Shown: piece after piece, positions 62,640-63,523 of the stretch | Numbering within the stretch: position 1 is the first letter of the stretch | How the letters are laid out: the number at the start of each line of letters is the position of its first letter | Made by a program: the position numbers and the translations under genes | Notes under the pieces: generated by a model | Seen by the model: only the letters and a program-made list of their open reading frames with translations | Database searches by the model: none | What the model was told of the DNA's origin: nothing | IMG/VR virus record: IMGVR_UViG_3300046167_000749 | Location: 1 to 63,523 of that record | Length of the DNA stretch: 63,523 nt | Reading direction: 5' to 3' (one strand) | From: a virus | Taxonomy: Duplodnaviria; Caudoviricetes

Positions 62640-63440
62640 GTTCTCTCACTTTTTACACGGGCTTGAGACCGACACAGAATTGTGGCAAGTTTAAACTATT
62701 GGTATAGACACTGAGCACCGATCCCCTTTTCTTAATGTGATTTTTATAATGTGGTTGCTCTATATCAGATGATACTGACTATGTGGCATAAGAGTATTAC
62801 ACGAAATAATGGTAAGACGAATGAAGATCATAAGATCTCCCAAGTGATTTGACGATCAAGTCAATGCTCACACTTGTTACGCTCGCTAACTAACCTTAGC
62901 GATATTCGGAACGGATTGTTTTATTGAAGTAAAAAAAGACTATTTAAAGTAAACAGATATTCTTCAGCCGTCATTCTTAGCAACCGCAACCTTGTCATGG
63001 TCTTTAGGTAGGATCAAATTGAAACCTTATGGTAAACGATCAATTCAAGTCGCCTCGAATTGAATAAGCCAATTGTATCTGTTTTCTTTTACTTACAAGT
63101 CTCAGAGGAATCGCAGACCGAATACTCGGACATCTTTTACTGCGTTATCCCATTTATCCTAGTGTCCCTTTAGACTTACCCTAGTTATGCTTTCCCTTTT
63201 CGGGCTTAGCTGAGACGATCTTTTTGGTCATTACCCTTCATGGGTTAGGCGATCAACCTTGCCGAACTTAGTTATCGGTCTTGGAACTTGCCTCGATTAA
63301 GTCGGGGACTTTGTCGGATTTACTCATCTTTCCTTGATGCTTAGATTACGAACTCTATTTAGATCGCCTTGCCGTCTGAATCACGCTGATCAACTGACGC
63401 CGTCAAGCTGACACATACCGATCCCACGGGAAATCAACGA
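62640..63440 (-). ncRNA. Candidate large structured non-coding RNA
   Basis: No ORF of 60 aa or more in 900 bp; many stems, including TCAATTCGAG-GCGA-CTTGAATTGA (GNRA loop, GU pair on the minus strand). Confidence 0.45.
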
Positions 63441-63453
63441 CTTAGGACATCTC

Positions 63454-63496
63454 TGTAACACTACTAGTATTGTGTTACACCCCCCCCCTTGGGGGG
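63454..63496. repeat. Palindromic TGTAACAC-N10-GTGTTACA operator-like site followed by C9-TT-G6
   Basis: TGTAACAC (63454-63461), TACTAGTATT, GTGTTACA (63472-63479). Confidence 0.7.
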
Positions 63497-63523
63497 TTTG
63501 GGCAGATGCCGGAGAGCATATAT

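Noticed and set aside
60859-63523. tRNA genes or a hammerhead ribozyme in the non-coding regions
   Set aside because: No cloverleaf with a T-loop GTTCRA, and no CTGATGA...GAAA core with proper stems, found by eye; a covariance-model scan is still advisable

Overview
The window is a large part of a tailed dsDNA bacteriophage genome, probably temperate and podovirus-like, with two convergent arms. The + strand (1-45155) holds the morphogenesis module: terminase large subunit, portal, scaffold, major capsid, holin-like genes, adaptor/nozzle, an expanded array of paralogous tail-fibre/receptor-binding genes and ejection proteins. It also carries a ~3,870-aa polyvalent virion protein with zincin and kinase domains, a metallophosphoesterase and an HNH protein. 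The - strand (45061-62614) holds the early module: a tyrosine integrase, an SNF2 helicase, a ligase-like adenylation domain, an XRE regulator and many small ORFs. Three things stand out. (1) A phage-borne, stripped-down PRTRC-type ubiquitin-like system: E1/ThiF, E2-like B, F, Ubl C ending GTKG, and E. It has no JAB, ParB or ParM gene and is followed by a UVR-motif protein. (2) A family of sigma70-like, apparently leaderless promoters with a TGTAACAC(GAA) box in the spacer. (3) A ~800-nt ORF-free, hairpin-rich region at the right end that looks like a large structured RNA. Several genes are split by single-base homopolymer indels, dense in the first 5 kb, most likely long-read assembly errors. 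All family assignments come from motif recognition by eye, not database searches.
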